NCBI GenBank assembly: GCA_964016885.1
Contig: OZ024741.1
Location: 292,516,001-292,580,000 of the forward strand
Origin: Eledone cirrhosa
Lineage: Eukaryota
Direction of reading: 5' to 3'
Length of the DNA stretch: 64,000 nt
This document shows, one piece after another, positions 27,421-41,843 of this stretch (position 1 is its first letter; each line of letters starts with the position of its first letter). The notes under the pieces are model-generated. The model did no database searches, had not been told where the DNA came from, and saw only the letters and a program-made list of their open reading frames with translations. Position numbers and translations under genes: made by a program.

Positions 27421-27749
27421 AATAAATATTTCGAAAAATATATAGTGTGTACACTATATATATATATATATATACACAAACACTATATATACATATATAT
27501 AAACACACACACACAGAGCGTCATAATGTGTGTATATGTAAGTATATAAAAATGTACGCATATATATATGTTTGTATGTATATTTTATATATATATATAT
27601 GTGTGTATGTGTATATGTATATGTATCTATAAAAATAAGTACACATATATATATATATATGTTTGTATGAATATTATATATATATAATGTGTGTGTGTTG
27701 TCACATATCTATGTGTATCAAGTATATACATGCATGTATTTCAGTGTGC

Positions 27750-27782
<33 letters not shown>

Positions 27783-27808
27783 GGGGGGTGTGCGTACATC
27801 TATAAATG

Positions 27809-27846
<38 letters not shown>

Positions 27847-27848
<2 letters not shown>

Positions 27849-27990
27849 TACGTTATTCCGGGTTGAATCGGAGGTAACCACAGTAAGTAAGGTACTCAAT
27901 ACATTGCAGAGTATAAAAGTTTTAATATAGATGAGATTCTACAGGACTAGAACAGTTCTAGTCCCGTAGAATCTCATGTATATTAAAACT
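27847..27990 (-). mobile_element. Fold-back insert in (TA)n, family B (inverted partner at 28600-28760)
   Basis: Arms 27918-27990 centred on CTAGAAC-A-GTTCTAG, plus a tail 27847-27917. Confidence 0.65.
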
Positions 27991-28174
27991 ATATATATAT
28001 GAAAAAGTATAACTCAGTCCAGAAATACCCGTCGAAACGGCTTGAGCTCTGCCGTCGGGGTCATACTTTTTCCTATTTCTCACTCTACTACCCTAAGTAT
28101 TGAGTACTCTGGTGCGTTATGGTCCATCTGGTTCCTGACCACAATTCCTTTGTTATATATATATATATATATCG

Positions 28175-28604
<430 letters not shown>

Positions 28605-28624
28605 TTTAATATAGATGAATCTCA

Positions 28625-28666
<42 letters not shown>

Positions 28667-28789
28667 TGAGATTCATCTATATTAAAACTTTCATACTCTG
28701 CAATGTATTGAGTACCTTACTTACTGTGGTTACCTCCGATTCAACCCGGAATAACGTACTATATTATATATATATATTTTTTTTTTTAA

Positions 28790-29324
28790 ATAGAGGTGTA
28801 ACACACGAGTTGTGATATATTAGTAAAAAGAAAAGAAAATGCTGACTAATTTTTCTCAGTGAAAAATAGATTAATTAGGAATAAGTATAAATTAGTAATA
28901 AGTATTGGGTATATTCAGTTTTAGTTTTAAGTTTTTACCGGTTGCGCATTTCTGATGCTTTTCAAGAATAATTTTGAGATAGAGTGCTCGTTATGTTTGC
29001 TCTAATCGGATTAGAGCAAACATCACGAGCGCTCTATCTCAACATTATTATTGAAAACGGTCTGAGTTCATATCCCGTCGAGGTTAACTTTGCCTTCCAT
29101 CCCTACGGGGTCGATAAAATAAAGTACCAGTAATGTACTGGGTAATTGCTGGCCTTGTGCCTAAAGTAGAAACAATTATTTTTGAAAAGCATTAGAAATG
29201 CGCAACCTGTAAAAACTTAAAGCTAAAACTCAATACTACCCAATACTTATTACTAATTTATATTTATTCCTAATTAAACTATTTTTCACTGGGAAAAATT
29301 TGTCAGCATTTTCTTTTCCTTTTA

Positions 29325-29332
<8 letters not shown>
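28790..29332. mobile_element. Fold-back insert, family C, with a SINE family 1 copy (~29058-29175, + strand) inserted in the right arm
   Basis: Arms ~28815-29005 and 29010-29332 centred at ctctaatc-g-gattagag; SINE flanked by the duplication attatt(a/t)ttgaaaa. Confidence 0.75.
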
Positions 29333-30190
<858 letters not shown>

Positions 30191-30211
30191 GTATATATAT
30201 ATGTATATATG

Positions 30212-30264
<53 letters not shown>

Positions 30265-30269
30265 GTATA

Positions 30270-30781
30270 TACGCAGAGGTATCCACTGTAAGTTGTGGGG
30301 TCTATTCTGTATGAAGAACTCAATGTAATCCATATGTTGAAAATGTTGTAGGTTAAGATAAATCTCAGAAAAAAATAAAACATTAAAAGGAAAACAGAGT
30401 CATGATATACGTTAAAACAATGAAATAAAAAATCAAGTCATTAGAGATATACTTCACTGCTTTACGATCGTTTCTAGATGGTGAAATACATTGTATCTAT
30501 ACTCAGTTATTGATCGATGTAAGTTTACAAACTATCAGATAGAGAGAATATTTACTTACATGCATATCACCTGCTGTTTTCAAAAGCAATCAAAAGCAAT
30601 CATTGCTTTTGAAAACAGCTGGTGATATGCATGTAAGTAAATATTCTCTCTATCTGATAGTTTGTAAACTTACATAGATCAATAACTGAGTATAGATACA
30701 ATGTATTATCACCATCTAGAAACGATCGTAAAGCAGTGAAGTATATCTCTAATGACTTGATTTTTTATTTCATTGTTTTAA

Positions 30782-30785
<4 letters not shown>
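30270..30785. mobile_element. Fold-back insert, family E (~185-bp arms)
   Basis: Arms ~30414-30590 and 30602-30778; small duplication (caaaagcaat)x2 at the apex; ~145-nt tail on the left. Confidence 0.8.
30601..30738 (+). ncRNA. Hammerhead ribozyme variant with UUGAAAA core and ~100-nt stem II (inverted copy in the left arm)
   Basis: Stem I CATTGCTT/AAGCAGTG; TTGAAAA (C3U plus G8A); stem II closed by TGGTGATA/TATCACCA; GAAA; palindromic ACGATCGT; GUA triplet. Confidence 0.7.
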
Positions 30786-30850
<65 letters not shown>

Positions 30851-30881
30851 GTATATATATATGTATATATATATATATATG

Positions 30882-32431
30882 CAGTGGCGTAGCTAGGGTA
30901 AACGGTGCCTAGGGCAAGAATCAAAATTTCGGTATTGGTTTGTCGTCTTCCTCGCCTCCTCGGAAAATCGACATTCCATTTCTGGCAGAAGTCGAAGCCC
31001 ATTTCAAGAGACTCGTGGATTAAGGATGCCCCTTCTTCTTTAAAATAAAGTTGAAGGGCTCCTATATCAGCTGCAGCATCGTGAAATTTCATTCTTTGAT
31101 CTTGAAGTCTCTTTTGAACCCAATCAATTCGTGAGAGAATCGTGTTCCAGAATCCAATCAAGTTCAGGAATTCATAACTCAGTATCCGATTATGGAAATT
31201 ACTGGCATCACTTCTACTCTCGCATGTCTCTGTTTCACCATCACTAATTTTTTCGAGAACCTGAACAATCAGCGTCAAATAATTCGCCACCGGTCTGACT
31301 ACAGTACATCTAGCACTCCACCGCGTGTCGGAAGGATATTTAACAACCAGTGGAGCAACTTCTTTAAGGGCTTCCCATCGTCGTGTTGAACGAGAAAAAA
31401 AGTTGTATAACGAGTCAATGCTACTGAAAAAGTTCATCATAGCAGAATCGTTTTGGGCTGCATGGAAACCAGCCAGATTAAGTGAATGGTTATCGCAATT
31501 AACGAAGTGAATGAAATTATTCTTCTCTCTAATTCTCTGCTGAACCCCACTGCGGTGTCCAGCCATTATGGCAGCATTGTCGTAGCACTGTGATCGATAG
31601 TTCTGCAGAGGTAGGTCATCTTTTCTAGCTTTTTCACGATTGCTTCAACAAGGCTTGCGGCATCTTTTTTGATTACTTGAATGAATCCAAGAAAAGATTC
31701 CCTCACAACGACCGTCTTCATATTGAAATCAACATCGACATATCGCACAACTTTTGACAGTTGTTCTCGGTGCGCCTGGTCAGGGGTCGAATCAATCAGC
31801 AGACCATAGTATCTTGCTTTTTGGATACGATTTAGTAAATTCTGACGAACTGTATTATAGAAGAAAACATTGAACCATCTAAACTGGAGTCAAATTGAAT
31901 TCCTAATAGAAGCTATCCGATCCTATCTGGCCATTTGGATTGTGATACCTTTTCTATACGTCTTATGTACCAGTTGTAAAAGACAAACTACTCTGTTTTG
32001 TAAACCAGCTTCATAATTATAATTATCTTGTATTAGTCATTGCAATGCATTGCTAAAAATAGCGCCTGCGTGTCAACCAGTTGCACGTCCAAAACTACGT
32101 CTCTTCAGTCAGTGTGTGTGTGGGGGGGGGGGGGGGGGCTGGTGAGGTCAATTGAGGTATCCGCTGTTTTGCAATGTATAGCACCCGCATAATTGCCACC
32201 CACCATGCTGTCAGTGTGGAGGGGGGGGGGGGGAGAAGTCAAATCAGATATAGTGCACTAGACATGGCGTGGAAGTCGGCTATCAAGAAATCACATGCTT
32301 CATTTTTGGCTTATATTTTTAAAAATTATAAAAACGACATGGATGTAAATCGATCTAGGTCAAAATTGCGCCCCCCTAAATATGGCGCCCGTGGCATGTA
32401 CCCTGCTTGCCACACCCTAGCTACGCCACTG
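30882..32431 (-). mobile_element. hAT DNA transposon, internally deleted
   Basis: Perfect 18-bp TIRs CAGTGGCGTAGCTAGGGT / ACCCTAGCTACGCCACTG; 8-bp TSD TATATATG on both sides; transposase remnant inside. Confidence 0.92.
30935..31855 (-). pseudogene. hAT (Tip100/ZMYM1-like) transposase central fragment
   Basis: RYV..V.ESFLGF, (YDNAA)IMAG..SGVQ, C.NHSLNL, FFSRSTRRW, SDTRWSAR motifs; frameshifted; both ends missing. Confidence 0.88.
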
Positions 32432-32458
32432 TATATATGTATATATATATATATATAT

Positions 32459-32767
32459 ATTAAGACAGGGGGGAAGAAAAAAATGGCTTCACTTGTGCTT
32501 TCAACAAATTTATTTCCTTCACAAATTCCCCAAAAAAATTTTTTTCCGGATTAGAAAAAATTTTCTAAAAAATATTTTTTTAGAAATTAATTTCTAAAAA
32601 AATTTTTTTTAAGAAAATATTTTCTATTCAGGAAAATAAAAAAAAATTTTGGGGGGAGGGGATTTTGTGAAGAAAAAGAAAATTGTTGAAAGCACAAGTG
32701 AAGCCATTTTTTTCTTCCCCCCTGTCTTAATATACCTAACTGTACCAAGGATTACACACATTTTCCA

Positions 32768-32770
<3 letters not shown>
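32459..32770. mobile_element. Fold-back insert, family F
   Basis: Arms 32460-32731 (taagacagggggg...aagcacaagtgaagccat...cccctgtctta) centred near tagaaatt-aatttcta; ~35-nt tail on the right; TA flanks. Confidence 0.7.
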
Positions 32771-32819
<49 letters not shown>

Positions 32820-32824
32820 GTATA

Positions 32825-32855
<31 letters not shown>

Positions 32856-32858
32856 GTC

Positions 32859-32933
<75 letters not shown>

Positions 32934-33299
32934 TGAAACAAAATGAAAACGAAATTTCATTTCTCACTCTTAGTATGGCACTTACTTAAATGTAAGTATG
33001 CATGTATACGTACATACATATATGTATACAGACGTACAGTAGCATGCACATATATATATGCACATATATATATATACATATATATATACATATGCATACA
33101 GGTACACATACATAAATTCAGGCTGTTCAGTTTGTTTACAAACGAACAAAGCGACGTTATAATAAGCGCCGCTAAACTGATACGTGCATATATGTATGTG
33201 TACCTGTATGCATATGTATATATATATCTATATATATATATGTGCATACTACTGTACGTCTGTATACATATATGTATGTACGTATACATGCATACTTAC

Positions 33300-33411
<112 letters not shown>

Positions 33412-33435
33412 ATATATATGTATATATATATGTTA

Positions 33436-34385
33436 TGTCAGGTCACCAGTTGGTGCTACTGGTAACATGTATCCCAGTACAATCTGTCCCATGGTCGGGT
33501 CGTTGGCGACTAAACTGGCAACCCCACCAAGGTTTCTTGGTGAGGAGGGTGACTTTGGACATCCTGCAGGACTAAAAACAAGACCTGTCAAAGGGCAAAG
33601 GAGCTCTTAAGAGTCAATGGCCATCCAAAATCACCGGGAGAGATGACCCCTTAGCCTTTGTCAAGGCAGAATTCTAGGAGAAGGAAAACTCTGATATAAC
33701 ACCTGCAACCCTGATGGTATCCAATGATGTTGACTTGTTCTTCTTTTTGGTAAATATCATCTTGGTTAAGAGAGTGGGACTGGCTTTGTGCAGTGCCTTT
33801 GCTCACTATAAAAGCTTCACGGCACAGGCATTGCTTTATATCTGGAGATCTCTCTGCACTTGTCGTCACATGGTACCATGGGCCCAGCACTATGTGTCAA
33901 TAATTGTCACAAGTGTAGTGTTTGTACCAGAGTTTTCAAGTCGCTGGCTGGACTAAAAAGTCACACTCGTTCAGTGCATCGGTAGGGGTTCTCCTACATG
34001 GATATAAAGTAGTGGCCGTACTCGAAAACGAGTTGGCAGCCACCATATATATATGTATATATATATATGTATATATATATGTATATATATATATGTATAT
34101 ATATATGTATATATATATGTATATATATATGTATATATATATGTATATATATATGTATATATATATATGTATATATATATATGTATATATATATATGTAT
34201 ATATATATGTATATATATATGTATATATATATGTATATATATATATATGTATATATATGTATATAGATATATGTATATATATGTATATATATGTATATAG
34301 ATATATGTATATATATGTATATATATATATGTATGTATGTATATATATATATATGTATGTATATATATATATATATATATGTATG

Positions 34386-34422
<37 letters not shown>

Positions 34423-34667
34423 GTATATATATATATGTATGTATGTATATATATATATATATGTATGTATGTATATATATATATGTATGTATATATATAT
34501 ATATGTATGTATATATATATATGTATGTGTATATATGTATGTATATATATCTATGTATGTATATGTATGTATGTATATATATATGTATGTATATATATAT
34601 ATATGTATGTATATATATATGTATTTATGTATGTATATATATATATATATATATGTATTTATGTATG

Positions 34668-34732
<65 letters not shown>

Positions 34733-35370
34733 ATATATGTATATATATGTATATATATGCATACATATATATATATGTATGTATATATATATGTATATAT
34801 ATACATATATGTATATATATACATATATATATATATATATACATAGATATATATAGAGATACATACATATATATATATACCAAGGTTTCTTGGTGAGGAG
34901 GGTGACTTTGGACATCCTGCAGGATAAAATCAAAACCTGTCAAAGAGCAAAGGAGCTCTTAAGAGTCAATGGCCATCCAAAATCACCGGGAGAGATGACC
35001 CCTTAGCCTTTGTCAAGGCAGAATTCTAGGAGATGGAAAACTCTGATATAACACCTGCAACCCTGATGGTATCCAATGATGTTGACTTGTTCTTTTTGAT
35101 AAATATCATCTTGGTTAAGAGACTGGGACTGGCTTTGTGCAGTGCCTTTGCTCACTATAAAAGCTTCACGGCACAGGCATTGCTTTATATCTGGAGATCT
35201 CTCTGCACTTGTCACATGGTACCACTATGTGTCACAAGTGTAGTGTTTGTACCAGAGTTTTCAAGTCGCTGGCTGGACTAAAAAGTCACACTCGTTCAGC
35301 GCATCGGTAGGGGTTCTCCTACATGGATGTAAAGTAGTAGCCGTACTCGAAAACGAGTTGGCAGCCACCA
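33436..35370. repeat. Two direct copies of a ~500-600-bp non-coding repeat (33436-34045 and 34879-35370) separated by TA-rich sequence
   Basis: Near-identical from ccaaggtttcttggtgaggagg to gagttggcagccacca; the second copy has small deletions; contains ctaggagaaggaaaactctgat, reminiscent of RTE 5' UTRs. Confidence 0.85.
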
Positions 35371-35393
35371 TATATATATATATATATGTATGC

Positions 35394-35468
<75 letters not shown>

Positions 35469-35523
35469 CGTATATATATATATGTATGTGTGTATATATA
35501 TGTATGTATGTACGTATATACAT

Positions 35524-35585
<62 letters not shown>

Positions 35586-35654
35586 GTATGTATGTACGTA
35601 TATATATATATGTATGTGTGTGTATATATATATATATATATGTATGTATGTACG

Positions 35655-35714
<60 letters not shown>

Positions 35715-35747
35715 CGTGTATATATATATATGTGTGTGTGTATATAT

Positions 35748-35978
35748 CGTGTAGGTGTCACGAGAAAATAACACATAGTCCACGCTGTAATGTGGCCGTG
35801 TAGGTAACACGGTAAAAAGTTCCCAGTTCCACACTGTAAATGTGGTTGGTGTTAGGAAGGGCATACATCCGTATGAGCGAGACACAGTCACCCGACCAGA
35901 CTTGCCTCAAGTGGGACAACTCCCGTCTAACGTATGCTAGCGTGAAAAATAGACGTTAAACGAAGAAGATGATGATGA
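35748..35978 (+). mobile_element. SINE family 2 / RTE-tail 3' fragment
   Basis: ggttggtgttaggaagggcat...ccgtctaac..atgctagc.tg.aaaa..gacgttaaacg(atg)n. Confidence 0.65.
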
Positions 35979-36159
35979 TATATGTATGTAAGTATATATA
36001 TATATATGTATATTATGTATGTATATATGTATATATTTATATATGTATGTATGTACTTATATATATGTATGTATGTATATATTTATATATGTATGTATGT
36101 ATATATATATATGTATGTGTATGTATATATTTATATATGTATGTATATATATATATGTA

Positions 36160-36198
<39 letters not shown>

Positions 36199-36540
36199 GT
36201 ATATATATATGTATATATATATATGTATATATATATATATGTATATATATATATGTATATATATGTATACATATATATGTATATATATATATATATATAA
36301 AACACATGAGAAGAAAGAAGAATACTGCGGGGTTGCAAATGAGTTACATAAGATAGAAATAGTCCTTCGTCGGTGATTTTCCAACGATCATTGATATTTC
36401 ATTCGCATTAAAATTCAGATACCTCAGGTTGGTGCGAGCAATAACTAAAAAAGGTTATTGGGACCAGTAATTCGCGTAAAGCGAGGGGGACAAGTAAACA
36501 ACATAGAAGGATAAAAGTAAACCGAAGATAGGAAAAAAAA

Positions 36541-36573
<33 letters not shown>

Positions 36574-36628
36574 GTGTATATATATATGTATGGGTATATT
36601 TATATATGTATGTATGTATATATATATG

Positions 36629-37259
36629 TATGGTAATGAAGAATCCTTGTTGGATAGTTTATCAAAATAGACGTGAAGGAAAGTCCCTCGTCTATTTACC
36701 ATTTTCGTAAGTGAGAGGATAGGTACTCCATAGAATTATAACAAGTGAGTGGGTGTGGGTGTAGACAAGATAATAACCACAACGAGAGTTCTATTCAACA
36801 ATGTAAATAAGGATGATGTTTATTTTGTCTATTATGTGTTTGTTATATTACAAATGAAACAACATACCACTATAGACGTGATCAGTTGAAATGAAGGCAA
36901 CGTATTACAATTGTCGTGGGTCACCAATGTAATGCCTACGTCTGGCTCACCAATGTAACGCCCACGTCTGGGTCACCAATGTGACGGGACTAGTAAAGTG
37001 AAATATGTTATGAGCCAGTGCTCGGCCAACACTATCCTTGTGGATTCGGCATAGGAGTTCAGTGTATCGACATTTGTGTGATCTCGTGGTCCAAAGGCTG
37101 TCTGCTGTTTCGTGGTACAATGGCCGTCTGCTGTTTGCTGGATCCGAGGCTTGTCTGAGAAAGTAATACTGTTGCTTACTTAAATAGTGTTCTCAACCAG
37201 GGGGAGACAACTAGGCCTGGTCCATTATCCGACAGGGGGGCGTAAGACGTCTTACTATA
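36629..37259 (-). repeat. 3' LTR of the Gypsy element
   Basis: Direct repeat of 41844-42422, with an extra 24-bp unit and ~30 additional bases. Confidence 0.93.
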
Positions 37260-37464
37260 GTATCCCCTGCCAGATTTTCAAATCATCGAAAATCGATGTT
37301 ATTACTCACACGTGGAGTAAGATGGCGAACAATGCAACAAGGGGGAGCTATTCGCTCTACCAATCGTTAAATCCAGAATAAGAATTTGAAAAATGTTAAA
37401 ACACATGCATGCATAAAAAAAAACAGAAACACAGAAGCAAAAAAAAAGGTGCAACTAACACAGT

Positions 37465-40445
37465 CTAAATATAGACGGTGCTGCAAATTTTTTTGGGCCA
37501 GTGGACCCTACGACCTGAACGGGTCGTGGTCTTGTAACGTGCCGATGGTGGTGGTGTAGGGACAGGCGTTCGCTCAACAGGCAAATACGAAGGGGTTCGT
37601 GGATCAGGAACCACAGCGTCCGTGTCCAGATGTGCCTGCTTAAGCCTGTCTATTGTAACTGTCTCCCTGGACCCTTTAATATCTAGAGTGAAATGCTTAG
37701 CCGAGCGCGCTAAGACACCGGAAGGTCCAGTGTAAGGCTGTGTGAGCGGGGGCTTCACAGAATCTTTCCTTACAAAGACATCCGTCCACGAGGCAACATC
37801 CCTCGGGACAGCAGTCATGACAGTTTGTTTCCTAGTGTCCATTGGCGGCAAATCCTGGAAATAGGAGCGCAAACGGGACACGTAGGAAGCGTGATCTTGG
37901 GCATCAAGATCGAAAGGGGCAAGCATTTGCCCGGGCAACGTCAGAGGGGCACCGTACAGTACTTCGGCCGGTGAAAATCCAAAGTTGACCTTCACCGTTG
38001 ACTGAATCCCTAATAGCACAATAGGGAGGTACTCGCTCCAACGCGCCGAGTCTATTGAGGCCATTAAGGAGGCCTTCAGTTGTCGGTGAAAACGCTCCAC
38101 CATACCATTCGAAGCGGGATGATACGCCGTAGTTCTGATGCGTTTAACACCAATTAATTTTGACAGTTCGAGGAAAAGGCTCAACTCGAACTGTCGTCCA
38201 CGGTCGGTAGTTACTGTGGATGGAACTCCATAACGAGAGATCCATCCAGACACAATAGCACGCGCTGTTGTCTCAGCGGTGATGTTTTTCAAGGGGATGG
38301 CTTCGGGCCATCTCGAAAGACGGTCAACTATAGTCAGCAGATAAGAATAACCGTCGCTGACAGGCCAAGGTCCCACTATATCAATGTGAATGTGCGAAAA
38401 ACGCGCATCTGGGTTAGTAAAGGTACCCAGGGGAGCCTTGACGTGTCGATGCACCTTTGATTTCTGGCAAGCGACGCAGGAAGGGCACCAAGCAGCAATT
38501 TCATGCCTCATATTTGGCCAGAAAAATCTAGCTGATATGAGCTTTACTGTGGCAGAAGATCCTGGATGTGAGAAACTATGTAATGCCAGAAACACGGTCC
38601 GACGATGATTCTCTGGAACCAAGGGCCTAGGCACGTCCAAAGAGACGTCGCAGAGAATTTGGCCAACTTCAGTCGACAGAGGCAAGTATTTCATCTCGCA
38701 ATTCGCAAACTCAGGCGATGTAACATCCAATGACTCAAGGGGAGGCTGATCCGCAGCCAAACGAGTCAGATCTATGTCAGAGGGTGACGAGATCGCTGTC
38801 ACGGGACAAAGCATCGACCGCTGTACTCAGTGAACCCGGAATGTGTTGGATATCGTTCGTATATTGCGAGATGAAATCAAGGTGCCTCGTCTCTCTGGGC
38901 GAGTATTTATCAGCCTTCGCTCTCAACGCAAAAGTTAATGGTTTATGGTCAGTGAGGATAATAAATAGTCTACCCTCTAGCATATGTGAAAAATGTTTCA
39001 CAGCTAAATAGATGGCTAAAAGCTCCCTTCCAAAGGTGCTGTAGCGCGTCTCAGCAGGTTTCATTTTTCCGGAAAAAAACTCCAGCGGTTGCTGGTAACC
39101 ATTGTTTTGTTGTAGCACTGCGCCCACAGCGATATCCGATGCATCAACACAAAGCGTTAGCTTTGCACCGGGTATCGGGTGAGCCAGTAAAGAAGCATTA
39201 GCCAAAGCAGTTTTGGCGTGCTGAAAATCAGCAAGTTGAGTTTCGGTTAAAGAAATGTCTGTATTCTTCTTCCGACAATTTTTTAAAATTTCCGTCAGGG
39301 AGAAAAGCAATCTTGCACAATTTGGCACGAAACGCCTATAAAAATTGATCAGGCCTAAGAACTGGCGTAACTGACGTAGTGAGGTCGGTGGAGGCAAAAA
39401 TCCTCTATGACCTTAACTCACTCAGGCCGGGGTCGAATACCGTCAGCATCGATGACGTGACCCAAGAAAGTCAGTGACTCAGCACCAAAAACACATTTGG
39501 GTGCATTAATCTGCACGTTATACCCCTTCAATCGGTGGAAAAGAAGATTTAAATGGTGCGTATGTTGTTCTTGAGAAGAACTAGCAATGATGGTACGCAC
39601 GAATTAAATCTAGTTTGGAGAATATCTTGCATCCCTGCAGCGAAGACACAAAGTCTTGCAGATGAGGGATAGGATAACGGTCCGGTTCCGTTATTGAATT
39701 TAAGCGTCGATAATTTCCAGTAGGTCTCCAATCGCCAGTCGCTTTCGGTACCATGTGTAATGGGGACGTCCACGGGCTCGTGGACGGGCGAATAATCCCC
39801 AACTGCAGCATATGATCAAACTCTGATCGTGCTGCTTTGAGTTTGTCCGGAGGCAAGCGACCAGGACGAGAAAAAACGGGAGCACCAGTTGTAGTTATGA
39901 AGTGCTCCGTGGTATGAGTTGGCTCATCAACTCGAAAATTCCCTGAGTCAGTTGCGGGAACGAGTTCAACAACGCATGGTAAGTATCGCCGGTGTTAGCA
40001 AGAAAAAAGGTCGGGCTAACCGTTGGAACTCCTGCTGCCTTGTCAACAACAGAAAAACCAGTGATGTCATCAATTAGGCGTTTACGACGGAGGTCCACCG
40101 TCAATGAAAAATGGTGGAGAAAATCCGCGCCTAGAATCGGATACGGCAAGGCAGCGACAGTAAAAATTCATTTAAACTCACGCCGCAGATTACGGAACTG
40201 CAAAGGTAGCGAGATTTGTCCGAAGTTTCGAATCGGCGAACAACTGCCTGCAACTCAATAGGTGACTCAGGGGGAGTCTCCTTCATACAACACACAGGCC
40301 ATATTGAACAAGCTGCACCTGTGTCAACCAGAAAGGCTCTACCTGATAGCAGGTCCTCAATAAAAAAGTGGCGGTTGGATGATGTTTCGCAGAGCGCACT
40401 ATCCGCCGTTAGTGACTCTGGTCGTTGTTTCCCTTGTAAGCACAA
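37465..40445 (-). pseudogene. pol: Gypsy pol (protease, RT, RNase H, integrase), frameshifted
   Basis: FLVDTGA; [17 protein letters not shown]...YRRLN; LRQFLGLINFYRRF; VDASD; TDHKPL; integrase [34 protein letters not shown]-like PYTGP. Confidence 0.95.
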
Positions 40446-41185
40446 GGAGGCCTACAACGGGCGGCTTTGTCACCATATTTGTCATGGTAATAACAATATG
40501 ATGGATTTGAAGATTTGGAACGGCTACGGCGGCGAGGAGTTGAATAAGATCGTGAGCGGCTCCTCTGCCGTCCAAAAGACCTTAGTTCCTGGCACAACTC
40601 CGCCATTTGACGAGTCATGGCTTCCATAGTTTTGACCAACTTCTCATCACTCGCTGATGAGCGTGATTGAGGAAGAGAAGAGGAAGCAACGTACTTTTGC
40701 TTCGAAGTGTCTCTCTTCGTCACTTCTACCATTTTGTCGGCAGAGACAGCAATGTGGTCGAGTGTGTTTAACTCTAGCATATGGGCTAGGATCGCCTGTA
40801 CCTCTTGAGGTAGGCGAGAGAAGAACAATTGCTTCAGGAAAGGGCTATCCTGATCTTGGGAATCACTCAATTCCCGCAAATGCCGGAGAAAAGCGGTAGG
40901 GGTTCTGTCACCTAGTCGTTCGTCCTCGATCAATGACTGAAAACGACTCTCTACCGATTTACAGTTCCTTCTCAAGATCTCGCCTTTTAAAGAATCATAC
41001 GTTAAATCAGAGGGAGGGTCTGTAATTAGGTCTTGAACCGAATCTGCTAAATTAGGGGGAAGTCCGCTAATCAAGACAGCGAGGCGCTGGTCAGACTCGG
41101 TCTTACAGACCGTAAAATACGCCTGTAGCTGGGCGAACCACAGCTTAGGGTTTCCGGTAAAGGCGGGCAAATGTGGCGTATTCAT
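40409..41185 (-). CDS. gag: Gypsy Gag (open frame, probable start MNTPHLPAF)
   Basis: LPAF...P.LWFAQL, LGDRTPT.FLR.LR, RSRSRS tract and the C-terminal CYYH..YG..A..C.PPC knuckle typical of Mag-like Gag. Confidence 0.85.
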   Translation of the reverse strand: MNTPHLPAFTGNPKLWFAQLQAYFTVCKTESDQRLAVLISGLPPNLADSVQDLITDPPSDLTYDSLKGEILRRNCKSVESRFQSLIEDERLGDRTPTAFLRHLRELSDSQDQDSPFLKQLFFSRLPQEVQAILAHMLELNTLDHIAVSADKMVEVTKRDTSKQKYVASSSLPQSRSSASDEKLVKTMEAMTRQMAELCQELRSFGRQRSRSRSYSTPRRRSRSKSSNPSYCYYHDKYGDKAARCRPPCAYKGNNDQSH

Positions 41186-41829
41186 TGTGAAACGACTAAA
41201 AAAAAAATAGAAACAGCAATTAATGTTCTCTCGTACAGGGAAAAGTAAACACCCAAAATGGAAAAGAAAATCAAAGTTCAAAAAGAAACAGACATTCAAA
41301 ACATTAGGAAATAACAAAAATACATAAAGTACAGATATATATTTAAAAAAATTTTTTTCCCCTTCAACGTCTGTCCCCTTGTGTTGCTTCAACGGGCAAG
41401 CCAAATCATATAACCCGAGAAAAAGAGAAGAAAAAATGTTTGTTTTAGAATATATCCACGTTGGATATCAACAATAGGTAGCCTGTGGCTAAAAATCCCT
41501 TACAAAAAAAGTAAGGTATGTGTATCCCCAGCGGGGCAGTAATGTTCACAAAAACAGTTTTCCTCTTGATCAAATATGGAACACACACAAGCAATTTAAA
41601 ATGTCCCTGTCCTGGCGGGAAAATTGCAAAACGGAGGAGATAAGCAACGCCATATTAGAAACATTTTTGGCTGGTTTTTTGTATACTTTGTCAATACTGT
41701 ATAAACACATTATTATTTCTCAGTCTTTTTTTTTTGCGTATTTTTGTAAGTTGCGAAAAGGTTGGCAACGTGGTAATAACAGTGAAATATTTAAGTTCAA
41801 ATGAATAAAAGGCTGCGTAAATTTTTTTA

Positions 41830-41842
41830 GTCGAGGTCACCA
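41830..41842 (-). promoter_or_regulatory. Primer binding site, tRNA-Trp-like
   Basis: TGGTGACCTCGAC one base inside the 5' LTR; complementary with one mismatch to the eukaryotic tRNA-Trp 3' end GUCGGGGUCACCA. Confidence 0.75.
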
Positions 41843-41843
41843 G

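Noticed and set aside
32660-32710. GTGAAGA...GAAAGCAC as a hammerhead in fold-back family F
   Set aside because: No convincing stem I, stem II or NUH site could be formed.
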